Positions 27,906 through 35,657 of a DNA stretch of 64,000 nt are shown piece after piece. The translations under genes and the position numbers were made by a program. Position 1 is the first letter of the stretch, and each line of letters starts with the position of its first letter. This stretch comes from Candidatus Latescibacterota bacterium (GTDB taxonomy: Bacteria > Latescibacterota > UBA2968 > SICM01): assembly GCA_009694805.1 (NCBI GenBank), contig SICM01000001.1, positions 23,657 to 87,656 of the forward strand, given 5' to 3'. Under the pieces are notes generated by a model. That model was not told the origin of the DNA. It did not search any database and worked only from the letters and a program-made list of their open reading frames with translations.

Positions 27906-29291
27906 CTACATCGTCCGGAACACCGTCCCGACCTCGGCCTTCAGCCGCGCCTGGATCTCCCCGGTGTCCAGCCGGTCCTCCGGCCACGCCTCCGGCGGGA
28001 CGTGGGACAGCCGCAGCACGAGGCTCGCCAGGAACCCCACGTACTCCTTCAATTCCCGCACCCGCGCCTTGTCGAGGGTATCCGACGTGCTGTGCCCGAA
28101 CCCCACCTCCGGGTGCGCCCCCACGAACCGCCACCGCCACAGCATCCCGTTCGGGATGCCCGCCAGCGCGAACGGGAACTGGTCCCCGGTCGCGTCCAGT
28201 TGCGCGATCACGTGGCACTTCAACCCCTGCCGCATGGCGTCGAGCTGCCCCTGCACCAGCGGACGCAACTCCGGGAACTGGAGCGCCACCCCCTTCATCG
28301 GCCCGGCGGCCAGCGTGTCCAGGTTGAGCATCATCCTCGGCCGCGTCTCCGGCCCGAAGTGCCGGGCCACGTAGGAGAACGCCCCCTGCAGAAACTGCTC
28401 CTCCGCCCCGAACGTCACGAACCGGACCGTCCGCCCCGGCCCCACGCCCTTCTCGCGCCTCAGCCCGGACAGGACGCGAGCCACCTCCAGCAGCGGGGCG
28501 ACCCCGGACCCGTTGTCCAGCCCGCCGGGGCATCCGGGGACCGTGTCGTGGTGCGCGCCGATGATCAGGTGCTCCTCCGGCCACAGGTCCCCGCGCAGGT
28601 CCGCGACCGTGTTGGCCGACGCCCCGCGCTGGAAAGCCGTTTCGACCTTCAGGGAGATCCGCTTCCCCTGCCCGGCCCGCCGCCCCAGCCGGGCCCCGTC
28701 CTCCGAGGAGGTCTGGACCACCGGAATCGGCGCTTCGCGGCTCCCCTTCAGGTCACGCCAGTCCGTGGTCGGGACGCAATTGAGCAGCCGCCCCCCCTTC
28801 CCCGACGGCATGACCGCGGCCTTCACGCCCGCCCCGGCCAGATCCCGGAGCCGGTCATAAAACAGCCGGGGCGGGGAAAACGGCTCCAGCCCCGACTGGA
28901 CCAGCGCCACGCAGCCCCGCAGCCGGTCCCGCAGCGGGTCCAGTTCGTGCGGCATGCCGTACCCCACGCTCAGCAGGGGACCGGTCACCTCCGCGGGCGG
29001 ACACCACAGCGTCGGGAGCGCATCGATCTCCCATTCCTCCTCCCCCACAACCTGGAGGGTGGCCCTCCCCGGCGCCCACGTGTCAAACTCGAACCCTTCT
29101 TCGGACGGGTCCGAGAGCCCTGCCTTCGCCCATTCCGTCAGCAGATAGGCCACGGCCCTGCGCTCCCCCTCCGACCCGGACCAGCGCGGCCCGATCTCCT
29201 CGCACAGCCCCACCAGGTGTTCCTGGAGCCGCGACCCGACCCACGCCTCTCCCATGACCCAGCGGTCCACGTCATACCAGTCGATCTCCAT
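27906..29291 (-). CDS. M28 family metallopeptidase (aminopeptidase-like)
   Basis: Start MEIDWYDV at 29291 with RBS GAGGAG. Zinc-ligand region GAHHDTVPGCPGGLDNGSGVA is typical of M28. Confidence 0.85.
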   Translation of the reverse strand: MEIDWYDVDRWVMGEAWVGSRLQEHLVGLCEEIGPRWSGSEGERRAVAYLLTEWAKAGLSDPSEEGFEFDTWAPGRATLQVVGEEEWEIDALPTLWCPPAEVTGPLLSVGYGMPHELDPLRDRLRGCVALVQSGLEPFSPPRLFYDRLRDLAGAGVKAAVMPSGKGGRLLNCVPTTDWRDLKGSREAPIPVVQTSSEDGARLGRRAGQGKRISLKVETAFQRGASANTVADLRGDLWPEEHLIIGAHHDTVPGCPGGLDNGSGVAPLLEVARVLSGLRREKGVGPGRTVRFVTFGAEEQFLQGAFSYVARHFGPETRPRMMLNLDTLAAGPMKGVALQFPELRPLVQGQLDAMRQGLKCHVIAQLDATGDQFPFALAGIPNGMLWRWRFVGAHPEVGFGHSTSDTLDKARVRELKEYVGFLASLVLRLSHVPPEAWPEDRLDTGEIQARLKAEVGTVFRTM

Positions 29292-29317
29292 CGGGCGCTC
29301 CTCATTTCTGAGCTTTT

Positions 29318-30436
29318 TTAGTGGTCCGCCACCGATCCGTCCTCGTGCCGCCACATCTGCCGGCGGTAAGGCTCCTGTTCCTTCCAGTTCTTCAGGGCCT
29401 CCTCATCCACCTCGAACCCCAGCCCCGGCCCCTGCGGCAGCTCGATGTACCCGTCCTTGAACGTCAGAGGCTTTTTGAACAGCCCCTCGCCGTTCCCGCC
29501 GCCGTATTCCTGGATCAGAAAGTTCGGAATCGTGGCGTCCACCTGGATGGACGCGGCCACCCCGATGGCCCCGGCCGCGGAGTGCGGTGCGAGATGGATG
29601 TAATGGATCTCCGCCATCGCCGCGATCTTCCGCAACTCGGAGATTCCGCCCGAATGCCGGATGTCCGGCTGGAGCACCGCCGCGGCCTCCCGCTCGATGA
29701 TCTCCCGGAACCCCCACCGCGTCGTGTGCCGTTCCCCCGTGGCGATCGGCGTGGCCGTGGACCGCGCGATGTTCAGGAGCGCGTCGTCGTTCTCCGGATG
29801 GCAGGGCTCCTCCGCGAACATGATGTGGTAGGGCTCCAGCGCCTTCAGCATCCGGATCGCCATGGCCGGCGTCAGCCGGCGGTGGAAATCCATCGCCAGG
29901 TCGATCCCGCTCCCCACGGCCTCGCGCACAGCCGCCACCTTGGCGACGGCATCCTCGACGAATTTGGGGTTCTCGATCGGCCGCGCCGCCCCGAATGGCG
30001 TCGTCTTCATCGCCGTGAACCCCCGCTCCACGCACCGCTTCGCGTTCTGTGCGCACGCCTCCGGCGTCTCCCCCCCGTAGTGGGAGTAGACCCGGATGCG
30101 GTCCCGCAACGACCCGCCCAGCAACCTCCAGACCGGGACGTTGAGCGACTTGCCCAGGATGTCCCACAGCGCCTGCTCGATCCCGCTGAGCGCCCCCACC
30201 CAGATCGGCATATCCCGGCTGTAAGTCTCCCGGTAGATCTGCTGCCAGTGGTCCTCCACCTGCCTCGGATCTTTCCCGATCAGGTATTCGAACATCTGCC
30301 GGATCGCCTGCGCCACCACCCCCCCGTGCCCGTAGTCCAGCGGCTCCCCCCAGCCCGTGATCCCCTCGTCCGTCGTCACCTTCAGGATCGTCGTCGGACC
30401 CTTCAGGGGGATGACTTCAAATCCTGTGATCTTCAC
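29318..30436 (-). CDS. Enolase-superfamily enzyme (D-galactonate dehydratase-like subgroup), paralogue 3
   Basis: GTG start (VKITGFEVIPL) overlapping the upstream stop as GTGA. Motifs ITGWGEP, GIEQALWDILGK, MDFHRR and FAEEP. Confidence 0.85.
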   Translation of the reverse strand: MKITGFEVIPLKGPTTILKVTTDEGITGWGEPLDYGHGGVVAQAIRQMFEYLIGKDPRQVEDHWQQIYRETYSRDMPIWVGALSGIEQALWDILGKSLNVPVWRLLGGSLRDRIRVYSHYGGETPEACAQNAKRCVERGFTAMKTTPFGAARPIENPKFVEDAVAKVAAVREAVGSGIDLAMDFHRRLTPAMAIRMLKALEPYHIMFAEEPCHPENDDALLNIARSTATPIATGERHTTRWGFREIIEREAAAVLQPDIRHSGGISELRKIAAMAEIHYIHLAPHSAAGAIGVAASIQVDATIPNFLIQEYGGGNGEGLFKKPLTFKDGYIELPQGPGLGFEVDEEALKNWKEQEPYRRQMWRHEDGSVADH

Positions 30437-31377
30437 GCGCGCCTCCTCTTTTTGCTCTTCCCCTTCGCGACCTTCGCCAGGAGGGCCTTCGACACCTTGC
30501 AGACCATCGTGTAGGCCGGGTCGTAGAAGTTCCCCAGGTCGTACTTCACGCCCTGCCCCAGCAGCAGGTGTGCGCCCCGCGCGTCCAGGCCGTAGTCCTC
30601 CTGCAGCCAGCGGACCATCTCCGTCGTCGCGTGCTGCACGCACTGGTCCAGAGGCCGGGCGTTCCCCACGGTCATGATATACTCCTCGTTCTCCGCCCTC
30701 GGCCACGAGATCGGCTTCTTCTTGGTCAGCCGGACCGTGAACTGCACGTCGAACGAGATCTCGATCCCCGTGCCCACGATCTCCCCATCCCCCTGCAGGG
30801 CGTGCCCGTCCCCCACGTGAAGCAGCGCCCCCGGCACGAACACCGGGAAGTGGACCGTGGCCCCCTGGCAGAACCCCCGGTAGTCCATGTTCCCGCCGTG
30901 CGTGGACGAGGTCGCCGTGGAGATCGCCTGACGACGGGGCGGGGCCACCCCGAAGCAGCCCAGCATCGGCTCCAGCGGCAGCTTCAGCCGGCCCAGCTTC
31001 GTCTTCGGCTCGATCAGCGTGGCCTTCCACCGCTTCAGATCGATCTGCCAGTTGGACGACTTCCCCTTCGGGCACTCCTTGATATATTGGGGGTCCAGCA
31101 CCCACGGCGCGATCACCGTGGAGCTTCGCCCGAACTTCCGGTTGGGAGCCAGCCGGTCGAAGTGGACCGACAGCATGTCCCCCGGCTCCGCGCCTTCGAT
31201 GAAGAAGGGCCCTGTCTGCGGATTCCCCCCCTCCGTCACCTGCTTTCCGGAGGCATCCACCCCGCCCGCATCCACCGTCGTCGTGATCACCGTGTCCCCC
31301 GATTTGATATTTAAAACCGGCTCGTGCGTCCCGATGGCGGTGTGGTAGACCTTCGGCACAAACTTGTGAATGGCCAT
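30433..31377 (-). CDS. Acetamidase/formamidase family protein
   Basis: 314 aa with an FmdA/AmdA-like N-terminus (KSGDTVITTTVDAGG...). RBS TAAGGAGG upstream of the ATG at 31377. Confidence 0.8.
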   Translation of the reverse strand: MAIHKFVPKVYHTAIGTHEPVLNIKSGDTVITTTVDAGGVDASGKQVTEGGNPQTGPFFIEGAEPGDMLSVHFDRLAPNRKFGRSSTVIAPWVLDPQYIKECPKGKSSNWQIDLKRWKATLIEPKTKLGRLKLPLEPMLGCFGVAPPRRQAISTATSSTHGGNMDYRGFCQGATVHFPVFVPGALLHVGDGHALQGDGEIVGTGIEISFDVQFTVRLTKKKPISWPRAENEEYIMTVGNARPLDQCVQHATTEMVRWLQEDYGLDARGAHLLLGQGVKYDLGNFYDPAYTMVCKVSKALLAKVAKGKSKKRRRA

Positions 31378-31400
31378 GATGCCTCCTTATTAAGAGTGTG

Positions 31401-31561
31401 ACGGCAAACGGCAAACAGCAAAAGCAGAATACAGGAGTCAGAATTCAGAATTCAGAATAAAAGCAAAAGACTTTTCTTCTGGATTCTAGATTCCTGTCTT
31501 TCTTCTGGATTCTGGATTCTGGATTCTTGTTTTCACGTCTCACGTCTGCCGTCTGCCGTTT
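31401..31561. repeat. Nested imperfect palindrome made of tandem heptamers
   Basis: Left blocks: acggcaa x2 plus acagcaa (31401-31421) and (g/t)tcagaa x3 (31437-31457). Right blocks: ttctgga/ttctaga/ttcctgt (31477-31497), ttctgga x3 (31503-31523), and cacgtct x2 plus gccgtct/gccgttt (31534-31561). It fills the whole spacer between the DppA-like stop and the formamidase RBS. Confidence 0.85.
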
Positions 31562-32379
31562 CACTGTTCTGGCTGTCTGTTGAACGGCATCTTCATCACC
31601 CCGATCACGCTGGACGGATGGACCTCACGGGAGATCGCGCGCGGCCGGTCGCCGTCCTGCCGGAACCGGGCCACCCGCTCGAACGGCGGCTTCAGGTCGA
31701 TCAGCCCGAACGACTCCTTCTGGGCCCGCCGCACGGCCCGCTCAGCCCCCTCCCGGATCATCCGCCGGGACCGCTCCGGGGAGACGTGGATCGCGCCCAG
31801 ATGGAACCGGCTGTATCGCTGGACGTCCAGCTCGTCCCCCTTCCCCGGCGTGGTCCCCCGTTTCACGCTCACCGTCTCCGCGCCCGGCGTCAGCGCCTGG
31901 ACCTCCTTTGTGAACGCCTCCTCCCCGGAGGCGAAGATCACCCGCACCCCCAGCTCCGAGGCGCACAAGGCCATCTGCCCGAACTCCCCGATGGAGACGC
32001 CGTTGACCGAAAGGTCGATGTAGCCCCACCCCTGCGTGTGGGTCATCTGGGAGTACTCCGTCCCGGCCTTGGCGTGCTGCCCCACCCAGCCGATGGCGTC
32101 GTAGGAACTGTCCAGCAGCAGGGGAAAGCCCTCCGGCCACCCCCGCATCAGGTCCGCGCGCGGGTCTAACAGCTTCGGGTTGATCGCCCCGGCCCCGTGC
32201 CCGTCCGCCACCGTGATGTGCGTGGCCCCTCCGGCGAAGAACCCGTCCACCGCCGCGTTCACTTCCAGGGTCAGGAACTCCTTGCCGGTCTCGTAATACC
32301 GGGACTCCGGGGTGCACCAGTCCTCAAAGTTCATGACCCCCGCCACGCCTTCCAGGTCCGTCATCACATAGATCTTCAC
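31561..32379 (-). CDS. M55 family D-aminopeptidase (DppA-like)
   Basis: The N-terminus MKIYVMTDLEGVAGV is the family signature. GTG start with RBS GAGGAGGG. Confidence 0.85.
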   Translation of the reverse strand: MKIYVMTDLEGVAGVMNFEDWCTPESRYYETGKEFLTLEVNAAVDGFFAGGATHITVADGHGAGAINPKLLDPRADLMRGWPEGFPLLLDSSYDAIGWVGQHAKAGTEYSQMTHTQGWGYIDLSVNGVSIGEFGQMALCASELGVRVIFASGEEAFTKEVQALTPGAETVSVKRGTTPGKGDELDVQRYSRFHLGAIHVSPERSRRMIREGAERAVRRAQKESFGLIDLKPPFERVARFRQDGDRPRAISREVHPSSVIGVMKMPFNRQPEQ

Positions 32380-32484
32380 GGAAGCCCTCCTCGGTTTTTC
32401 ATTTGCACCTGGACGCCCTGCACGTCTGTGTTATGGCGCAAGATAAGATAGACGGAAAAGCCTGTCAACAAAAAGCTATGACCG

Positions 32485-32619
32485 GCCCTCACCCTCCCCC
32501 AGATCTGTAGGGGCACGACGCGCCGTGCCCCTACCTGAAACCCCCTCCCTCTCCCAATGCCTGTCCTGAGCGAAGTCGAAGGGCTGGAAGAAGGAGGGGG
32601 TCAGGGCGTGGGTGAGGGC
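32485..32619. repeat. Composite palindromic element (outer stem gccctcacc/ggtgagggc enclosing GTAGGGGC-type and CCCTCC-type hairpins)
   Basis: gtaggggcacg-acgcg-ccgtgcccctac at 32507-32534. ccccctcc (32541) pairs with ggaggggg (32593). It contains the motif cctgtcctgagcgaagtcgaagg (32560-32582). The outer right arm lies inside the last codons of the permease gene (…PSPTP). Confidence 0.8.
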
Positions 32620-33653
32620 TGTCGCCCTCTGAGGATTTTCTGAATCGCAGTCTTGCTGACGTATTCCGCGCCGACGAACAGGATGATCAGCGCCTGCAGG
32701 ATCACCACCAGGTCCCGGGGCACGCCCGCCGAGAGCTGGAGGAACCGGTCCGCCGTCCGCAACCCCCCGAACAGGAGCGCCGCCGGGATCACGCCCAGGG
32801 GATGGTTCCGGGCGAGCAGGGCCACGGCGATCCCGTCGAACCCGTACCCGGGCGAGAACTGCGCGTAGAGCGTCCGGTGGACGCCGCAGACCTCCACGGC
32901 CCCGGCCAGGCCCGCCAGCGCCCCGCTGAGCGCCAGCGCCCGGACCGTGACCCGCCCCACGTCGATCCCTCCGCCCCGGCTGGCCTCCGGGTTGTGCCCC
33001 ACGGCCCGCGCCTCGTACCCGAACGGCGTGTCGAAGAGGATCACGTAGAACAGCCCGCAGAGGGCCATGGCGATCAGCAGTCCGTATCCCACCCCGGCGG
33101 GCGGGACGCTCCAGAGCAGCGGGAGGGTGGCGGTCGCGGCGATGGGCCGGGTCTGAGACACGGCGGCCCCGGCGGCCATCGGGCCGTTGACCAGGTAGTC
33201 CGCCAGATGAATCGCGATATAGTTCAGCATGATCGTGTTGATGACCTCGTGAACGCCCCGCCGGGCCTTCAGCCAGCCCGGGATCGCCCCCCAGACCCCC
33301 CCGGCGCACGCCCCGGCCAGCAGCGTCAGAGGGAGATGAAACAGCCAGGGGAGTCCCAGCCATGCCCCCACGGCCGCAGCCGCGATCCCCCCGACGTAGA
33401 GCTGCCCCTCCCCGCCGATGTTGAACAGCCCGGCCCGCAGCCCGAAGGCCACGCCAAGACCCACGAGCATTAACGGCGTCGCCTTCATCAGCGTGGAGGC
33501 GATCCCTTCCGCAGACCCGAACGCCCCGACGGCCAGAGCGGCCAGCGCCTCCGCCGGGTCTCCGCCCGACAGCGCGATGATCAGACCACAGACGATGAGA
33601 GAGAGGAGGAGGGGGAGAAGGAGAGAGACCAGGCGGGAGACAAGAGGAAGCAT
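32601..33653 (-). CDS. ABC transporter permease (BPD_transp_2 type, as in nucleoside/simple-sugar BMP-family importers)
   Basis: 350 aa, multi-TM, family-like sequence (…NIGGEGQLY…INTIMLNYIA…). Confidence 0.8.
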   Translation of the reverse strand: MLPLVSRLVSLLLPLLLSLIVCGLIIALSGGDPAEALAALAVGAFGSAEGIASTLMKATPLMLVGLGVAFGLRAGLFNIGGEGQLYVGGIAAAAVGAWLGLPWLFHLPLTLLAGACAGGVWGAIPGWLKARRGVHEVINTIMLNYIAIHLADYLVNGPMAAGAAVSQTRPIAATATLPLLWSVPPAGVGYGLLIAMALCGLFYVILFDTPFGYEARAVGHNPEASRGGGIDVGRVTVRALALSGALAGLAGAVEVCGVHRTLYAQFSPGYGFDGIAVALLARNHPLGVIPAALLFGGLRTADRFLQLSAGVPRDLVVILQALIILFVGAEYVSKTAIQKILRGRQPSPTP

Positions 33654-33686
33654 AAAGGTGTCAGATTACAAGTCGTATTTCCAATT

Positions 33687-35276
33687 TCACATCCCTGTCA
33701 TCAGCCTTCCAATCCGCGCTTCATCCGCCTCGCTCCGGGGCACGTCGGCGATGACCCGGCCACGGACCATGACGAGCACCCGGTCCGAAAGGCGAAGGAC
33801 CTCCTCCATATCCTGGGAGATCAACACCACCCCTGCGCCCCGGTCGCGAGCCCTCAGGAGTTGCCCCTGCACGAACGCCGTCGCCCGGATGTCCAGTCCC
33901 CGCGTCGGCTGCGCGGCCACGATCAGATCCGGGTCACGGCCCAGCTCGCGGCCGATCACCACCTTCTGTCGATTCCCGCCCGACAGCGCCCCGACGGGAA
34001 CGTCGGGGGCCTGCGCCCGCACGTCGAACCTGCGGATCAGGGCCTCCGCGTGTGTCCGGATCGCCTCCCGGCCGAACACCTTGAAAACACTTAACCACAG
34101 AGAGCGCAGAGGTCGAGAAAGTGCAAAATGCAAAATGGTTTGCTTCTCATTTTGTAATTTAAACTTTACATTTTGCATTTTGCATTTCCTGAGGAATCGA
34201 ATGTCACGATGGTCCCCTAAGATCGCATTCTCAGCCACGGAGAAGGCCGCGATCAATCCCTCCGCATCCCGGTCCTCGGGGATACAGGCCACGCCCATCC
34301 GACGGACCTCCGCCGGCGTCCGCCCCGTCATCTCCTCCCCCCGGAACAGAACACGGCCCGACGCCACCGGCATCCGGCCCGTCAGCGCCAGCGCCAGCGC
34401 CGTCTGACCATTCCCGGCCACGCCCGCCACGCCCGCGACCTCCCCGCGCCGCAGGGTGAACGAGACCCCGTCCAGAAGGCGGACCCCCCGCCCGTCCACC
34501 GCCGTGACCCCCTGCGCCTCCAGCAGCACGCCCCCGACCTCCGCCCGGCGCTCCGCACGCACCTCGGCCACGCCCCCCTCCCCCACGATCGCCCGCGCCA
34601 GTTCCGCCTCGGTCACGCGCCCCCCCTCGAAGCGCCCCGCCACCCGCCCCCGCCGCAGGACCGTGACGCGATCCGCGTGCGCCATCACCTCCCTGAGCCG
34701 GTGCGTCACCAGCAGGATCGTCACCCCTTCGGCCCGGAGACGCCGGACAATCTCGAACAGCCGCCGCGCCTCTGCAGGCGAAAGAGACGACGTGGGTTCG
34801 TCCAGAACCAGGCAGCGCGCCCGCCGGTGGAGCGCCTTCAGGATCTCCACCACCTGCTGCTGTCCCACGGGCAGGTCCCCGACCCGGTCCTCGGCCCGAA
34901 GCAGGACCCCCAGCCGCGCGATCAGCGCCGCCACCTCGCGCCCCATCCCCTCCCGGTCCAGAAACGGCCCCCGCCCCGGCTCCGCCCCCAGAACCACGTT
35001 CTCCGCCACCGTGAGCGTCGGCGCCAGCGCGAAATGCTGCTGCACGATGGCGATTCCCCGGGCCAGGGCCTGCCGGGGATCACCCGGCCTCACTACCTCC
35101 CCCTCCACGCGCACCTCGCCCGCCGTCTGGGCCGTCAGCCCGCACAGGACGCGCACGAGCGTCGACTTCCCCGCCCCGTTCTCGCCCACCAGGGCGTGCG
35201 CCTCCCCTGCCCGCACGTCCAGATCCACCCCGTCCACGGCCAGAAGATCGCCGTAGCGCTTCACGATGCCGCGCAT
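33687..35276 (-). CDS. ABC transporter ATP-binding protein with duplicated ATPase domains, carrying an in-frame repeat-element insertion in domain 2
   Basis: Two Walker A motifs (GENGAGKST; GVAGNGQT), signature LSGGNRQK, Walker B LIVAAQPTRGLD. Start taken at the ATG at 35276 (MRGIVKRYG); an upstream non-ATG start is possible. Confidence 0.85.
   Translation of the reverse strand: MRGIVKRYGDLLAVDGVDLDVRAGEAHALVGENGAGKSTLVRVLCGLTAQTAGEVRVEGEVVRPGDPRQALARGIAIVQQHFALAPTLTVAENVVLGAEPGRGPFLDREGMGREVAALIARLGVLLRAEDRVGDLPVGQQQVVEILKALHRRARCLVLDEPTSSLSPAEARRLFEIVRRLRAEGVTILLVTHRLREVMAHADRVTVLRRGRVAGRFEGGRVTEAELARAIVGEGGVAEVRAERRAEVGGVLLEAQGVTAVDGRGVRLLDGVSFTLRRGEVAGVAGVAGNGQTALALALTGRMPVASGRVLFRGEEMTGRTPAEVRRMGVACIPEDRDAEGLIAAFSVAENAILGDHRDIRFLRKCKMQNVKFKLQNEKQTILHFALSRPLRSLWLSVFKVFGREAIRTHAEALIRRFDVRAQAPDVPVGALSGGNRQKVVIGRELGRDPDLIVAAQPTRGLDIRATAFVQGQLLRARDRGAGVVLISQDMEEVLRLSDRVLVMVRGRVIADVPRSEADEARIGRLMTGM
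34093..34190. repeat. AT-rich palindromic element inside the ABC ATPase coding sequence
   Basis: Perfect 16-nt inverted repeat, tgcaaaatgcaaaatg (34122-34137) and cattttgcattttgca (34169-34184), made of the gcaaaat heptamer x2. It is translated in frame as ...FLRKCKMQNVKFKLQNEKQTILHFALSRPLRSLWL.... Confidence 0.85.
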
Positions 35277-35292
35277 CTCGATGAAAGGGCGA

Positions 35293-35643
35293 TCAGACAG
35301 CGTCAGCGACCTCCTTCGGCAGCGCAAACGTCCCGTCCTCACCCGGCTCGAACGGTACCACCTTCATGACCGCGTCCACGTTCAGCGGGCCGTAGAGGTG
35401 CGGGTACTCGTCCCCGTCCCCGGCGCCCTCATACCGGATCTCAGGCCGGACCTTCGCCGGATCGATGCAGAGGAGCACCAGCCCCTTTTGACCGCGAAAG
35501 AACCGGTTCGCCACCTTGATCGCCTGCCTGGGGGTGGACGAGTGGATGAACCCCTCCGTGTCCAGCGTGTCCCCGCGATAGACGCCGGCTCGCTTCGCCT
35601 GTTCCCACGAGTCGCGTCTCGTGATGTGGAAGATGATGCCCAT
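35293..35643 (-). CDS. DUF952 domain protein
   Basis: 116 aa, MGIIFHITRRDSWEQAK...GFIHSSTPRQ...YPHLYGPLN, matching the DUF952 pattern. RBS GAGGGA. Confidence 0.8.
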   Translation of the reverse strand: MGIIFHITRRDSWEQAKRAGVYRGDTLDTEGFIHSSTPRQAIKVANRFFRGQKGLVLLCIDPAKVRPEIRYEGAGDGDEYPHLYGPLNVDAVMKVVPFEPGEDGTFALPKEVADAV

Positions 35644-35657
35644 TCTTCAAATCCCTC

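Noticed and set aside
29318-31414. A single 698-aa ORF apparently spanning the formamidase and enolase region.
   Set aside because: Only the last 372 codons (from the GTG at 30436) encode an enolase-superfamily protein. The upstream part is junk-like sequence overlapping the genuine formamidase gene (30433..31377), which is in another frame.
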